A stretch of 64,000 bases of DNA from Klebsormidium nitens (Eukaryota > Plantae > Klebsormidiophyceae): positions 201,210 through 265,209 of the forward strand of contig DF237006.1 of the NCBI GenBank assembly GCA_000708835.1, in the 5' to 3' direction. The position numbers and the translations under genes are program-made. Shown here one piece after another: positions 1-16,069 of this stretch; the first letter of the stretch is position 1; each line of letters begins with the position of its first letter. The notes beneath the pieces were generated by a model, which was not told the origin of the DNA, did not search any database, and was given only the letters and a program-made list of their open reading frames with translations.

Positions 1-484
1 ACTCTGTGCATTTGATATGGGGACAGTCAGCTCTCTTTGTTCCTACTCCAGGAAGCCCCAACGACAAAGTACCATATCTGACACTTCCGTAACCCCTCTG
101 ACACTTGTACACGTTCTATTTGCTCGCTGAATTGATGACATCCTCAAAACAATTCCTTCAAGTGCAGCAGCCCTGCCCAAGCTGCCAAAAAGATTCCTGG
201 AATAGATGCCTTTCAATGTGCCAAAAGATTTACAGTTCTACTGCATTTCAGGAACGTCACTCTCCTGCAGTGGCTACCGACATGCTGCAAGTCTCCTCTC
301 CATCGTTTTCCCCACTGATCCAGAGGCAAAGACCCCCGGCGCAAAGTGCACCTTTTTAACAAAGCCGAACTACCTACCCCCCAACCAGCCTGCAGATGCT
401 CTCCGTCGCACAACCCAAACTTGCCCCCGAAAGCCCGATGCCAGTCAGCACTTACCCCCCTCCCAAACAAAAGATGCTCCCCTA

Positions 485-2360
<1,876 letters not shown>

Positions 2361-4582
2361 GTTTGCTGCTTGCAAAAAGCACCTGAAGCTGTGCTCTTAA
2401 CACAACCTCAGGCAAGGGGCGCCCCTACAAAGGTTGGTGGTCTCGAGCCTTGGTTGGCGAGAAAGAGGCACAGGTTGGACCGGGGAGTCATCTTCCCCTT
2501 CTCATGAGTGGGTTTGCTCGCAACCCAGTTTCGCAACCATCATCGAGAAACAGCGCGTCGAAGTATTTTCAGGTCCAAGGAGGGTTTGAAAATTTCGACG
2601 TCGATGAAAAGTTGGAACGTCACCGTTCGTAGCCTTGGCCTTGTTCAGTGTAAATCTCTAGCCTATTAGGGTTCGATTGCAATTTGCACTGCCGTAAACT
2701 GCACAGTGCTCAGTATAGGAATCATCTGCCCATCTTTGGCGTCCAATGGGTAGCCTTAGGGGCGTCCAGCATGGGCGCGCAAATGCTTGTCTTCCTCAGA
2801 GGTCTGATTTCAACCAGCTCTACGTTGAGCACGTGGAAGACGAGAAACGGAGCCGTGTGCCTGTGATAAGCTCCTTTTGGAGTGGGATGCAATGTTGTTG
2901 GGAGAGGGGAGCACATGATCAACATTGGGCAGGTGGCGACCATGACCAGCAACTGGGGCCTTGCAGTTTCAGCTGCTGACGTGCCTCCTCCTGTTCTATG
3001 TATGCTTATCTCTGAGCTGAAACACTGCAGCCTGTTTCTCTTTTAGCCAGTTGCAGTAGTCCTGTTTGGCAGCCTGAGATGTTCTATACTGATTGCATCG
3101 CTTCTCATGTCAAGTAGTCATGCTGCTCCCTAATGATGTGCTTTTTCATTCATTGATTTGCTGAATTGAGCGTTTTTGCACGAATTACTACTCAGCTTCA
3201 TAATGACACTGAGTGGGACCGGGCTATGTCAGGTCGACAACCCTCTGTACCGCCCTCCTTCGTAAGGATTGTTCTTACAATGTGGACCGCGCAATCAAGT
3301 TGTGTTTGACTGTTTGACTGTGCCCACGACAAACCCCTTTCGTTTGGTTTTGTGAAGTTGCATCTTTGTATTTTTGACAAGCCTTTGTCATTAACCATGT
3401 TCGAAAGTCAGAATATACTTGGGTTGCATCACTCCTAAGTAAGATACAAGGGTCGGTCATGTGTACAAGTATTCCTGCTTTACTTCGTGGTGCCTTTTGG
3501 CTCGACGTATCTTGACTTTTCCAAGGGCTTCACCTTTGTTGGAAAACCAGGTTTGGATGCACAACTTAGTGGGCCAGGTTCTGTATGATGCCCACGTGGT
3601 GCCCGGCCAAATCTAACAGCAAACAGAAGCAGGGTGACAAGCAAGGGTCGAGGAATGTCCATCCAACGATGCTCTGATGGTCTTGAGGACAGGCAAATCA
3701 ATCTCATTCCAAAATTGGCTTGAGGTTCAAAAGCGGGCTTAAAACAGATGGGGACACAGCATGATCAAGTACGTCCTGTGCCGAAAACGTATTTGTGTAG
3801 AGAAGCAAAAAATCATAAGCTCTATTTCGAAGCTGGAAATTTGACCTTACATACATAGGCGTTAGTGGGACAAGGCCGAGTAGGAGGTCACATAGCTAAT
3901 AGACACAGGTTGAGTTGCAAGAGCGCAGTTCCTGTATTGAAACATGCGTACTAAAGTTCAGCCTGCTCGAACTTGGACTAAGCAGCCGCCATGGATTGTC
4001 TGGACGATGTATTGTTATTTTACTGTCAATTGTCGGTTTGGAAACCGTATGAGGACTTTTACGATTCTCTCGCATGGCCTCGCTAGACTCGTGGATTCAA
4101 GGCCACCAGCCCACCAGCCAGACCATTAATTAAGGATGTCCAAGACGAATAAGTATGCAAAAGGTCGCACTGCACAGTACACGCATATGTGCACATGCAC
4201 TCAATCGGGCTGCACATGGGTATTTCAATTAGCTCTGGCATGCCAGGTGGGATCGCAAGTTACAAGCTAGCCACTTAGCCCTCTAGCTACAAGTGCAAGA
4301 TGTCAACGTACAGGATTTCAGTGTCAATATAGGGCAATACATTAAATCCCATAGGATAAGCATGCATATCATTGACATCGTCATGGCAAGATTCGTAGCA
4401 CACTAGCTTTGAGTCTGCAACCATCATGCGTCAAAAGCACAGTGGCCAAGGCATACTTGATCTTCAGCAGACTGAATCTCAAGGTGCGATGATTTATAAA
4501 GCCATAGAAAGCTGAACCTTTGACATAGATTAGAAACGACTTGACAGCTCAATCTTTCCCTCTTCAATCTGACGGTCCGTTC

Positions 4583-7500
4583 TCATACCGGCACGCCTGC
4601 ATCAGCGGCCCGAAGCCAGAGCGCCCTTCCCGATAGTGGACCTTGATGCAGCGCCATGTAGGCTGCATTCAGTCTGCACACAACCAGGAGGGTGCTGAAA
4701 AACGTGCTACACTACCATGAGGAAAATGCGTGCGCTCTTATTACGAGAATGTTAACTCAAGTCCATTGAAGAACGGGACACCGATGCATTATCTGCGGAT
4801 GCTGTTTGCTAACAGAGCACACCCCATTTCCCAAGCAGCCAGTCACACCCAAAGAGAACACTTTTCCTTCTGCTTCGTAGAAAGGATTCATAGCAGCGCA
4901 ACTATTGGGAATAGGACGTACCTCTCGATGTTGGGTGGCGCAATTGGGTCCTCGGGCTCCTCCTTTGGTGCTGTTTGAGGCCTTTCTGGCTCCTGCGAAA
5001 GCAGCAGGCCAACCGCTTAGCGAGGGACGGATCCTAGCATCTAACTCAAACGAGTATGTCCTACAAGGCCCAACAAAGCAATTTGCATTTGCCTTCCGAA
5101 GTGTTGAGTTCCAAATCATCTGGAGTGCAAGCGGCCAGAGTCGATGGGGCTGCGGCTGGACTACTAGATTGATCTATCTCGACAATGCTGTGGGGCAGCC
5201 CCCCCGAATCAAAGGACAAACTTCGTTCATCCCCACACGTGACCCATCTTTACCCGCATCTGCGCTTTTCAAAACCCGACCACTTGAATTCTCGAACCGT
5301 TCGCTTGACCACCTTGGAGCACACAGGCTCAATTGGAACCGCCAAGCATCGTGTACATTTTTTGCTGAACGGATCCCATCACCATCGCGTAGGGGCGCAA
5401 GTCATTACATCCGAGGAACGGACGCTCAGTCACGTTCAACGGCAAAATCATTCTCCGCACTTTCTTTTTTCAACTCAGCTTCTTTGCCAAGTCGCAATCA
5501 TCACTTTGATTATGAATCGCCATGAATAAGCGCTAACCTGTCTTACATGCGGCTGCGGCGCCGCTTGCCAGTAGGGGTCCTCATACGCCGCCTGCTCGTA
5601 TCCGTGATAGCCCTGGTCGTAGGCCGTGGCCGCTCGCTGCGGGGACAGAACAGTGACACTCGTTAGCTTCCGCGTCGACCGGATCGATTGAACGCTCATC
5701 TGCAGTCCTCAGGACCATTGAGATCGTTTCGATCGATCACGTGGTATGAGAAATGCAGACCTCGTACGAATTGAAACGAAGCGGTGGTGTACAGCGCTAT
5801 TCGAGGACCGAAGATGCGAAGCTGGCAAGCCTGGCAGTTCTCCGTCGACGCGAAAGCTTACAAACCAGCCGGTAGCACAGAACGCAAAAGTCGCCTTTTA
5901 GTGTCCATTCGTAAAAAGGTATGCCCAAAGAGTGCAACGTGTCTAATGCAGGGCCGAATGGTCGATGTGGCGAGTGCTCTTGTTACTCTCCAGAACCGCT
6001 GAAACCAAGAAATCCTGTCGATAAAGCTACGGCAGAAGTTTCCAAAACTGAAATGACCATTCCAATCCACGGCTGCTGATCACTCCGTTCTCCCGTTTGC
6101 CAATGCTGCCACCTGAGGACTCAGTGCTCTGTTTCTTGTAACAATTAAGTCGCCTGTTCTCGTCGTACGTGCTGCCGGAATGGGTTGGCTACATGAATCC
6201 GTCAGCGGTATCGGCAGTTCGCTTCCAACGGGTCCTCCGAATCATCCAATTGCAACTCGAGAGGGATGTGAATTCGGAGAAGGTTTTGGAAAGGGTTTTT
6301 GACACTCACCCTCGGGCCTGAGCTCTTTCCCCACGTGACCCGAATGTTACTCCCCCCCAGTTTGTACCCATGTAGCTTATCCACAGCCTCCGCAGCGCTC
6401 GTCCTGTACATGCACAAACAGAGATGTGAGTTAGGTGAATGGAGCAGAAGCAATTTGAACTAGGGGACGCTCTGATTCGTGGGACAACTGCGCCGGACTA
6501 CTCACGACTCATCCGAAACTCGCAGAGTTGGAAAATCCGTGTGATCGGCCTTCTTCAACATCGTGAATCGATTAGCAATGACGTCGAAATGCATAAGCAT
6601 ACAGACTTTGAGGTGTCGGATCCCAACAGTGCATAGCCTGCTTGCACGCAGCTAGAGCCAGACAGCATACTAGAGTCCAGACATGCAATTGAAACGGAGG
6701 CTCGAGACCAGAGTTGGCCCAAAGCGCCCAGATTTCTGCCTATCGTCCCAAACAGTCCTCCAGTATCCTATAGTGAACAGCATTATGCGCCCATCCCACC
6801 TTACAAATTGGAGCCAGATCGGAATCGGCCTAGCAAGATTCTTGACGGGAAAGCGGTTCCCACCTAGTGACAAACTGCACGAAGCCGCAGTTCTTGCCGA
6901 GGGGAATCTTGACATAGACCAGCTCGCCATACGGGGCGAACACGGCTCGGAGCTCGTCTTCGGTCACCGACGCGTCTACTCCGCCCACAAAGACCTGGAA
7001 TAAGGGACGGGTTGAACGGGTTAGCAGCCACACAAGGTATACAAAAGATGTGATTGATTGAAACGACAAGTGTGCACCTGACTGAAACATCGCGTCTACA
7101 GAAAACAAGATGACAGGGCAGGACTGCAACCGCAAATATGCCTACGTACTGCATCTCAAAAAGGACTGGAAACAGGCTGCGTACAGCTTGAGGAATGCAC
7201 TGTTCTTAGAAGTGCAAGGGATAGGTTAGCGGAGAGCAGACTGGTCAACAAGCGCAGAAGAGGTTATTGGACAAGAGGACTGACAAAACGAGTGCTGAGA
7301 CAAGAGCTCGAGAGCAACTGTCCTGTGTGCCAGATAAGCTCGTATTGCGTGGAGTTGGCCGAAAAACGGGAAGCCACTGACGCAGCTTTCACGGTGTCAC
7401 AAGATTTGAAGAACCCCAACATACAAATGATTGCCAGTACGACACAAGCAAGACAATCAGGGGTTAGGTTAAAAAGCACGTGCCCTTATCAAACGCTATT

Positions 7501-10500
7501 CGAGCAGCTGCAATCATCCGGAATCATGTGTTTCAACCTCCTTGAGATTCGTCCGTACGATCGTGATGGAGTTGCGAGCACCGGTCTGCAAGTGACCCGA
7601 CGAGGTGGTCGAACCTCACCGTACTGTTGGTCGGATCCTCGGCCGCGGGGCCCGCCCACTCTCGAGGGATGTTGGGCGCTGCATAATCTACACGGCAAAG
7701 TTAGACTGGGCGGTACAGATATTCTCTGACTAGAAGCTTACGACAACAGAGCAACCAAAGCCAAATTAGAGCAGGCGGCAGAACTGTGTTTTGACTGAGG
7801 GCTTACGAACCACAGCGATCGGACACTTTGTCGCGTGCACAAAAGAAGCTTGACGGGGAAAGTCTTGGACAAGCGTCTCTTGTGTGGTCCTCGAGGCACT
7901 CTTGCCAGCTGGACCCCAAATAACAGTACTGGGTTCATCGACCAAAAGCGGAACTGATTCCCAGGGTTATCCCAAAGAGTCTTCGTCCCTGCAAAGCTTT
8001 TGCCACCATTGAATTATTCCAGTCCGTCCGCTTCTCACCTTGCGCGTCCCGCGCCTTCCTCGGCGCGGCCGGACTTATGCGCATTGGCCGGTTCAGGCAT
8101 AGCTCCCCTGCACAGAATGTCAGCAGTCAGACAAGAAAGCCTACCAACAAATTTGCAATTGACTGGTGGCGCAGAGGAGGATCTCCCAAAGCCGAGATCT
8201 CTGACATTCCAGCCGATCAGTAACAGCAACAGAACGTTCAAAGGATTATTGCAAAAGTTTCGACTGTGGGCGTTTCGAAGATGGCCTACATTAGAAGGTC
8301 GACAGAGTTAGCGCTCTCGAGCACGCGAAAAGAGCGCAAACTCGCAAAGCCCTCTACGGTCGCACAAGAGCAGATAACAACGAGCACTTTCCAAGATCCC
8401 TGCAACCCACATGTCTCTTTCCGTCCTGGAGTATCGTGTGTAAGACGGCGTTAGCAATCTGAAGAGAAGACCGTTTTTGCATCATTCCTGAAGACAAGGG
8501 CATATTTGTCTGGAGTCTGAAGATGAGAGTATATTTGTCCAAAGCCTGGAAGGAGGTGTAGGCCTGATTTTGGAGAGACAAGGGTAGATTCGCCTAGGTT
8601 CTGAAAAAGAGGGTATTCTCCCGATTTCAGACGAGGATATAATATTCGCCTAGGTTTTTAGAGAGGATGATGTTATTCGCCTGCAATCTGAAGGTGAGGG
8701 AGCATGAATATCACCCGCCCACCGCTCACCTTGCATCTCGTGCATGGCCCGCTCCTTTTCTGCCTCGTCCGTGAAGCGGACGAAGCCGTACCCCTTCGAG
8801 CGGTTGGTCTGCGGGTCCACCACGATCTGTATACCAGCAGATCGTAAGCAGGGATCCATGTCCTTTCTCTATTACCGTACTGCTACGTATTTTCGGCAAA
8901 AAAATAAATAATTATGGGTCCTGCCGAATTCCGCTGGAAAATATTTGGAGCGTTAATGGTCGATAACGGAATTTTTAGCAGGTAACACTAGGTCTGCCGA
9001 AAAGATAGAAACTTTCATAATCAACTTTTTGGCGTCGAAGGCGCCGAAATCAAATAGCAGTACGGTATACAAGTGTCCACTTTCTTGCTTCCTTCGCGGG
9101 AGGTTTCTCGCCCAGAAGTTGATCCAAGGGAGAGGGCTCAACCAGCCATTTGTTACAAAGGCATATTGTAACGCTTGGCAAGAAAATTCGATGTGCCAGG
9201 AGAGGTGGACTTTCTGGGGTCTCCGCTGTTGCGAACCTGCCTGTGACCGGCAGGATATGCTCGAGGAGAGTCTACACTCGTTATTGAACGCGTCCAAACA
9301 TCAATCCGTTCACACCTGCCCTTCTCCTTCCTTATTAATCCCACAGTTCCAACGGCCAAAGCAACGCAAAAGCTCATATATTCTGAGCTCCTCCAGTGTC
9401 GGAAACAAGATAAGGATGTAATGTGCCCCACCTTGGCGCTTTTCGCAGAGGTGTAGCGTGAGCGGAACGTGTCGAGCAGCGAGTAGTCCGTGACCTCGTG
9501 CGCCAGGTCACCCACGAACAGCGAGAACTCGGGGCCTGTCGGCTCCGGCTCCTGCCGGGACTCCCGATACCGCTTCACTGCGGAAACGGGAAATCAGAGT
9601 TGACTTACGATAAGGTGCTTCCTAGAGGCGACAAAAAGCTGCTGCATGACCAAGAAGACCCGATTCGAGTCACTTTGTCAAAATGATTGTATGCAGAGCA
9701 TGCGGAGGGGAAGTTGCGATTCAAGAGACGACAGACGTCAAGAACCGCTGGCAAGGAACCGAGTCGGAAGATGTTGAGGATTAGAGTTGCTGAACGAAAG
9801 AAACGTCCTTGGAGGCTCGACATTCACGGGGTAATGTTAAGGTGAAGGTGAATGGAGTTGGTACTTGCAAACGGAAAGTCAAGAAGCGCTTGTTCACCCC
9901 ATTCAAAAAGCGGGGCGACAATCTCGTCAGGCGTCTTGAGATTCCAACAAGAGGACAGCAACATCTACTAAACTATTTTGACCACCTTTATATGTTACCG
10001 GGCCGAACAAAGATCAAAGGTGGTAGCAATAAAGAGGGGTGTTTCTCCAAGCTTCAATTTTGGAAGCATCAGACCTGTCCCCAAGAGGTCAAATCTGCAT
10101 GACACCGCAGAGATCGACGCCTACAGATCTTACGTTGGCAAATCTTCCTACCTCCGAGAAGGTGAGAGCTTACAAATGCAAAAACTGCCATCTTTACTGC
10201 CAAACCTGTAGCATCAGGTGACCTCCGTGAAAGGCCACATCAAAGGTCAAAGGACCTGTGAATCACAGCAAGCGCCTTTATCAGAAGAGGAGAGACTAGC
10301 TCACCTGGCTTCTCGTTCACCCCAAAGCTCGCCCAGTTCATTTTGTAGGCTACACACAGGGATAAGCGCGTGAGTCAGCTCCCATGAAGCAAGAAAGATG
10401 AAGTCTGATCGAATCCTTGTGAAGGACCAGGATTGTCAAACGATTGACAAAAGATCTCTACCGCTACATTACCACATTGACGCTACATTAGTACATTCTC

Positions 10501-11474
10501 AAACCGGCAGGCAACGTAATCATACCCGGCCCCTCCAGATAAAACTTTGCCAATGGGAGATGGTCAGACTGCAGGCTGATGAGGTACAGCTCCTGACCTC
10601 CATGCTCAATCGCGCCTTTGTGAAACTCACTTTGTTCTGCATTGAGCATCTGCGCCCCGCTCCAGTTGTGGAGCACATACTCCGCCATGGCATGTGTTTG
10701 GAACTCCACGAAAGCGTAACCTTCCGACTGCCCCGTTTGCTTGTTGCGGATCACCTTCACTATGACGGTCTGCAGCATCGGACGAAATAAAATTTTGAAA
10801 CAACCAAGGACATGATAACACTCCTCTCGAGGTGTAAGCCAACAGACTATACTTTCAAAAGTCCTCCTATCGATTGACACAACCTGTTGGGAGGACTCAA
10901 GTGCTGGGCCGAGGAGGGGCCGGAAACAAGAATAGCAAGCGAGAGCGTCAAACAGAGACTAAAATTTTATCTGCACCAGAGCAAGAGCACTCAGCCCCAA
11001 GCAGCACAGCTTGATTTTAAGAACCAAAAGTAAGCGAGCAACGCAGCAAGGAAAGCGCCTCACTGGGATTGCGCCAGCAACATGTGCCACCATGGTTTTC
11101 CTTGCGGCCAGATTAGATAGGTCACCAGATAGCTTTTGCAGCGGCTTCGTGTTTCCGGCCATTCATGAGCATGACACTGACGAAGACAAAGTACCAAGTG
11201 CGAAGAACGTGATGATGCTGCAGCAATAGATCTAGGGCCGCCTGTGGAGCTCGAAACAGCGCCGTCCAACCAGCAAAACACAACACTCGGGAAAGACCAA
11301 CTACAGACTTAGAAGAGGCCTCACCTCTCCAGATGCATTGAAGCAGCTGGCCAAGTATGCCTCGTCCATCCATAAGGCGAGGTCCCCGACCCACAGGGTT
11401 TTCGAGTCCTCCGGAATACCTGGAGGGGTTGACGGAGGGGCTGCGGTTGCAGCACCCCACCCTCCGTCTGCCAT
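4583..11474 (-). CDS. RBP45D: Triple-RRM RNA-binding protein of the RBP45/47 (Nam8/TIA-1-like) family, RBP45D-type
   Basis: Exon 11325-11474 (MADGG...[17 protein letters not shown]), about 10655-10768 ([20 protein letters not shown]), about 10305-10349 (YKMNWASFG), about 9431-9578 ([15 protein letters not shown]), about 8729-8829 ([11 protein letters not shown]), about 8041-8108 ([11 protein letters not shown]), about 7618-7688, about 6865-6995 (VFVGGVD...KNCGFVQF), about 6310-6405 (IRVTWGKS), about 5545-5640, about 4917-4960 ([10 protein letters not shown]) and 4583-4673 ([22 protein letters not shown]...*). The C-terminal DP..PP....LNAAY....GR.LW motif recalls plant RBP45D. The exon junction near 4960-5545 is uncertain. 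Confidence 0.88.
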
Positions 11475-11815
11475 GATTATTCCTGTTGCCAAATGATTAC
11501 TTACAGTCTTCCGCCAGCACTTTATCTCCAGAAGTCTCTCTTAAGCTTGGATTGATCGCCTTTTCTCTTGCCTCTGAGCAAGAAAGCACGAAGAATCAAT
11601 GGCGCCCTTCCTGTTCGATCTCTTAAAAGTTGTATGTCAATGTCGTTGTACTAGGTAGCTTTTTGCTGGGCAGTGTTCGGCAGCAGCCAGTGCTAATGTT
11701 CAGCAAACTTCGAAGTCTGATGAAAGCATTTGGTGTGAACCGGCCCCCTGGCTGCTAACGGTTGACCTGTCGATCTGCCGTTCTCGCAGCTTTCGGGGCA
11801 AAGTTGAAACACCAA

Positions 11816-12275
11816 GGGTACTGTCACTTTGAAGTGGCACCCCCTTACGTATTATGTGGAGGGGGGGGGGCTTGGCTTGCTTCGGCCAACCGAAGGCGGG
11901 GAGGGGGGGGGCTTGAGGCCTTTACCTTGGTCAAAGCCCCAGCCGGATTTCAGCTGGAAAACATGCTTTTTCATGCTAATTTACCATCATTTATCCCACG
12001 GGTCAGAGTTTGTAGACCATAAATGTACCAAAGAAGCACTTTTCAACTTAAAAAAGGGGCGAAATTATGCATACGATAGTGCGTATATCTAAAAATACTG
12101 CTCGGGTGGTGGCAATATGGACCGGGGCCTTGACCTTTTTTGTGAAGACNNNNNNNNNNNNNNNNNNNNNNNNNNNNNNNNNNNNNNNNNNNNNNNNNNN
12201 NNNNNNNNNNNNNNNNNNNNNNNNNNNNNNNNNNNNNNNNNNNNNNNNNNNNNNNACTTCAAAGTGACGGTACCC
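11816..12275. repeat. 20-bp inverted repeat pair flanking the gap (possible MITE/foldback remnant)
   Basis: 11816-11835 GGGTACTGTCACTTTGAAGT versus the reverse complement of 12256-12275, GGGTACCGTCACTTTGAAGT (19/20 identical). Confidence 0.6.
12150..12255. other. Assembly gap (106 N)
   Basis: Run of N in the sequence. Confidence 1.
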
Positions 12276-15200
12276 CAAGAACCACAAAACCACGCCGGTA
12301 CCAGGGGCTTGCAGCGAGCCGGTTCTCACAGATGCGCCGCTCTTGGCCCTGTTCACACCGTGCCTTTTTGAGGGAAGAATGTTCTGCTTGCTTGGCGATG
12401 GCGTCTGACTCTAAGGCAAAGCAGGTGGCCCACACGCGACAGCGCTGAAGGTGGTTTGTTGCGCATCCGCTGCCAACATGGCAATGCGCCTGCTCAGCCC
12501 AGGTGCAAGTGGGGCTTTGAAAAGCTTCTTCGCGCGTGTGCTGCCGGTAGAGGCTGCGCAGATGATCACACGGCCCCTCTCCTTTGAACCCATGAAAAGT
12601 ATCGGTGAGGGGCAGGAGGCGCCTGCTCGTTCTTGCGCAAGCCCATGTGTAGGCCATGGATCAGAGAGGGATGTACGACAGGCGGCTGAGCAAGTTTTGG
12701 AACCAAGTGCTTGTGACGTCTTTGGCTCAGGAGTCCTCAGCGCAGTGTACGCAGATTCCGTTTTCAGGCTCGCAGCAGATCGCACCAGTCAAACCTGGAG
12801 CTTACCACCTCATGCCTTGACAAGTCACACGCCTCTAAGTGACTGCTTGCATTTGGGCTTGGCTGGTCGAAGTTTAGGGAGTTCGTTGCACAACCATGCA
12901 TCGCGACTTTTTCACACGGCATTGCCTTTGCGAAGGGAGGGTTGGAGCAATTTGCAGGGAATCTGTGGAGTGCAGTGCGAGGTTTCTGGTCGGTGTGACC
13001 TGTCACAGAGCAGACTTGGCCCCGCTTATCAATTTGAGGTAGGCACGTCATTGCTGCTCGTCGTTTCTTCTTCATGTGACCAGACATAACAGCCGGAACC
13101 TTGCTTGCCATCAAGACCTGGATTCAGCACAGCATTTCGAGATTTGGGTACGTGCAATCATGGGAAGAGACACGTATACTCGCTTTTGGGCACTTGCATT
13201 TTATCAATACCTTCTATCGCTCTTTATGAATCATTTACTACCATCGCCAATGGAGTTCAGACGTGTTCGGACTTTCGTAAAACCACCAGAGACTAACTCT
13301 ATCTTAAGAACCTTCCGGCCAATCTTGCCCCTTCCAGTCTGAAGAGTCTTGTTCTCCGTCAGTCTGTTCCATGCCTTGGTTACTTCTAATGGCAACTTCA
13401 TGTCTTGTTTGCCCCAGGTTAGCCGCAGCTTCGCAACAAAAACGAAGAAGTACAAGATCAAGAGCTACTCGTGAGGCCGACTAACGCAAATCTTGCCGCT
13501 TCTAGCCAATTTCAGTGCCGGCCACCGACGCTTGAAAGCAGATTGATAATGCTTGCGACAGTCTGCAAATCTGGATCAGTTACTGCCCTGATCATTTGAC
13601 ATTAGGGGCCAGATACAGCCCTTTCTTGCCTTTAATCACCATCATTTGGAGACCATTTAGGCCTGCATTTGACCATTTGTCCTCCTATGGCCAGATCGTA
13701 CAAGCAGCGCTTTTGGTCCATGCGTGACGGGGGGTTTAAGAGGATGAAGGCTGGCAAGCGGCACAACGCTTCAGCAAAAGTGAGTTGGGTTTCAGTGGTC
13801 AAGACATGCCCAGCATTCCCTTGCAAGAGTTTGAAAGTATGGTAAATCAAGACTACTTCCCCATACGACTTTCTCAACTGGTTTTTGGGATGAAACTTGA
13901 GATCGTCCTGGGGGCATAGATCTGGTATGACATCCCAACGACAAACATGGATCCTCTGTGCATCATACCTCTTTGATTTTGATTCTGGTTCATTTTCATT
14001 TTAACAGCAGCCGCGAGCAGTACGAACTTGTTGAAACGACGAATCCGTAGTTTGATATGAGAGTCTGATGTGCTTTGTAACACGTGAGCCTGAGTTGAAT
14101 GTACTGCAAGAATTATCGTTGTAAAGAAACTTTGCAACAGGGATCTGACAGATTGCTCTGTGTGCAAAGACGGGGAAATACTACGTAAGTGTTGTGCCTC
14201 TTGGCCCTTGCGGCAGACAGGAAGCTGAATTAGAATCTTGTATCGGAGTGATTGTTTGGCCAGCCATGAACCTCGGGTGCTTTGGAAGTTCAGCCTCGAA
14301 CGAAGTGCAACTCAAGCCGTATTTTGCTCTTTTTCCTGCAGACCAAGAAGCAGCTGCGGCGGTTAAGAACGCCAACAACGACCCCTCCAGCACTCGCCAA
14401 AGTAATGAGGCAGCTTGGCTTTCAAGGGCGGTAGCATGATGGGCGCTTCTTTAAATCGACTTCGAGTTTGAAGTGGGTGCCTAAGGTCTGCTGCAAAGAC
14501 GGCTGAATCAGTGACTATCTGCATTTGACGGTCCGACCAGGAAAACCTGTAATTGAACGGTTCGGTGAGCAGAGCTGTCGAATGGTCGCTTCGCTCACAT
14601 GTTGGTGCGTACAATTTCTGGTCGAGCCTCGGCACTTTGTCTACTTGTATGATATGACGACTTTTCAGACTGCGTCGAAAGCAAGCGCACATGCATGATA
14701 ATGATGCCACGAACATGTGCTCATGTTTGTCATACCTAGGCAATCACCTTTAGAGCCCGGAGATGTTACATGCAGCTAGCTTGCTAGACTGCCCCAGGGC
14801 CCATGCAACGCAACAGTATACTGAGCTATCATGCAATATATGCATCCGATCAAGTGCTATATGGTCGATCGTGGAGTTGCAGATTATCAAGTCGATTGCA
14901 CGTCGCGAACCCACAATTCATGTGCAATACCATGCATGTGATGGGCGCTTGGGCCATTGCAGCGCGGCTCTGGCTGCCACGTACTTGAGTCGACAGTTTT
15001 ACAAGACGGACAAGTCTAGAGCAATTGTTGCGAGTACACAACGGCCGATCGGTTGATGTGATCGCTAGCTCGCATTAGCCATTAGGAGACGTTGACAAAC
15101 TAGGTATGTACTAATGTAGCACACCAAGATTTGGGAGGGTAGCTAGGCGTTCAGAACTCAAAACATTTATTCCCATGTATGCCATGGAAGCCTATGGCCC

Positions 15201-16069
15201 ATGTGGCTACGGCGTTTGAAAAGAGAACATCATCACCATTGCCTGCATATGTTGATATATCATATTGCAACTAACGCACGTCAACATCTGCGCATGGTCG
15301 CGGGGTCTATAGCCCCTTCAGTTCCCATGGTACCATCATGCATGGCAATGCGAAGTTGAAATGAATGATTTGTGGTAACGTCGGACCAGTTAACAATTCT
15401 GAAAAGGACTTCGAATGGCGTGCACCCACGAAAGAGTGCCGCCGGATGCGGTTTCTATACTTCGAATCCCTGATTGTGGTCGTATCTGACAGTCTTCGTA
15501 TCCGTTTTCAAAGGAGATATTCAGGTCGACAAGTAATCCTGCTTTAATAAGTTAACACGACCTTGCTGTTCCTAGTCTACTGCTATACAATTGCGTACTG
15601 TTGCAAAGAATAAAAGAATAGCAGTCCTATGAAGCAGGCAGTTCAACTAACCTAATCCTGTCTTTTCCGTATTATATACCTCTGATACCGTTCATAATCC
15701 ACAGCAAGCAATATACACGCGCGATATAGATTCAATAAGGCACCAATAGCCCTCTTGCACCCGGCTCAGTCCTTCCTGTTCAACGACATCTATATTCGAA
15801 GGCAAAAGCCGCCAAATCGCGTTTTTCACACTCCTGAACCTGCGCGCGCGCTTTCAATTCCAGTCGTTATTTCTCCAGAACCGTTACTTTCACGGTCTCT
15901 TACCCCCCCACCCCTCTTTGACCGCCCCTTCGACAGCTCAAATCACCCCCTCACACACATACCCATTTCTACGCCCATCTCACCCAACCCCCTCGGCCCC
16001 GAAATCCCAACCCTGGCCCGACATTTGTGAAATACCCGTTTCTCTGCCCCTCCCGCTTCCCGGGTCCCC

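Noticed and set aside
2666-2673. TTAGGGTT telo-box-like motif upstream of RPS3, and a TTTAGGG-like run at about 48315-48332
   Set aside because: Too short and imperfect to distinguish from chance.
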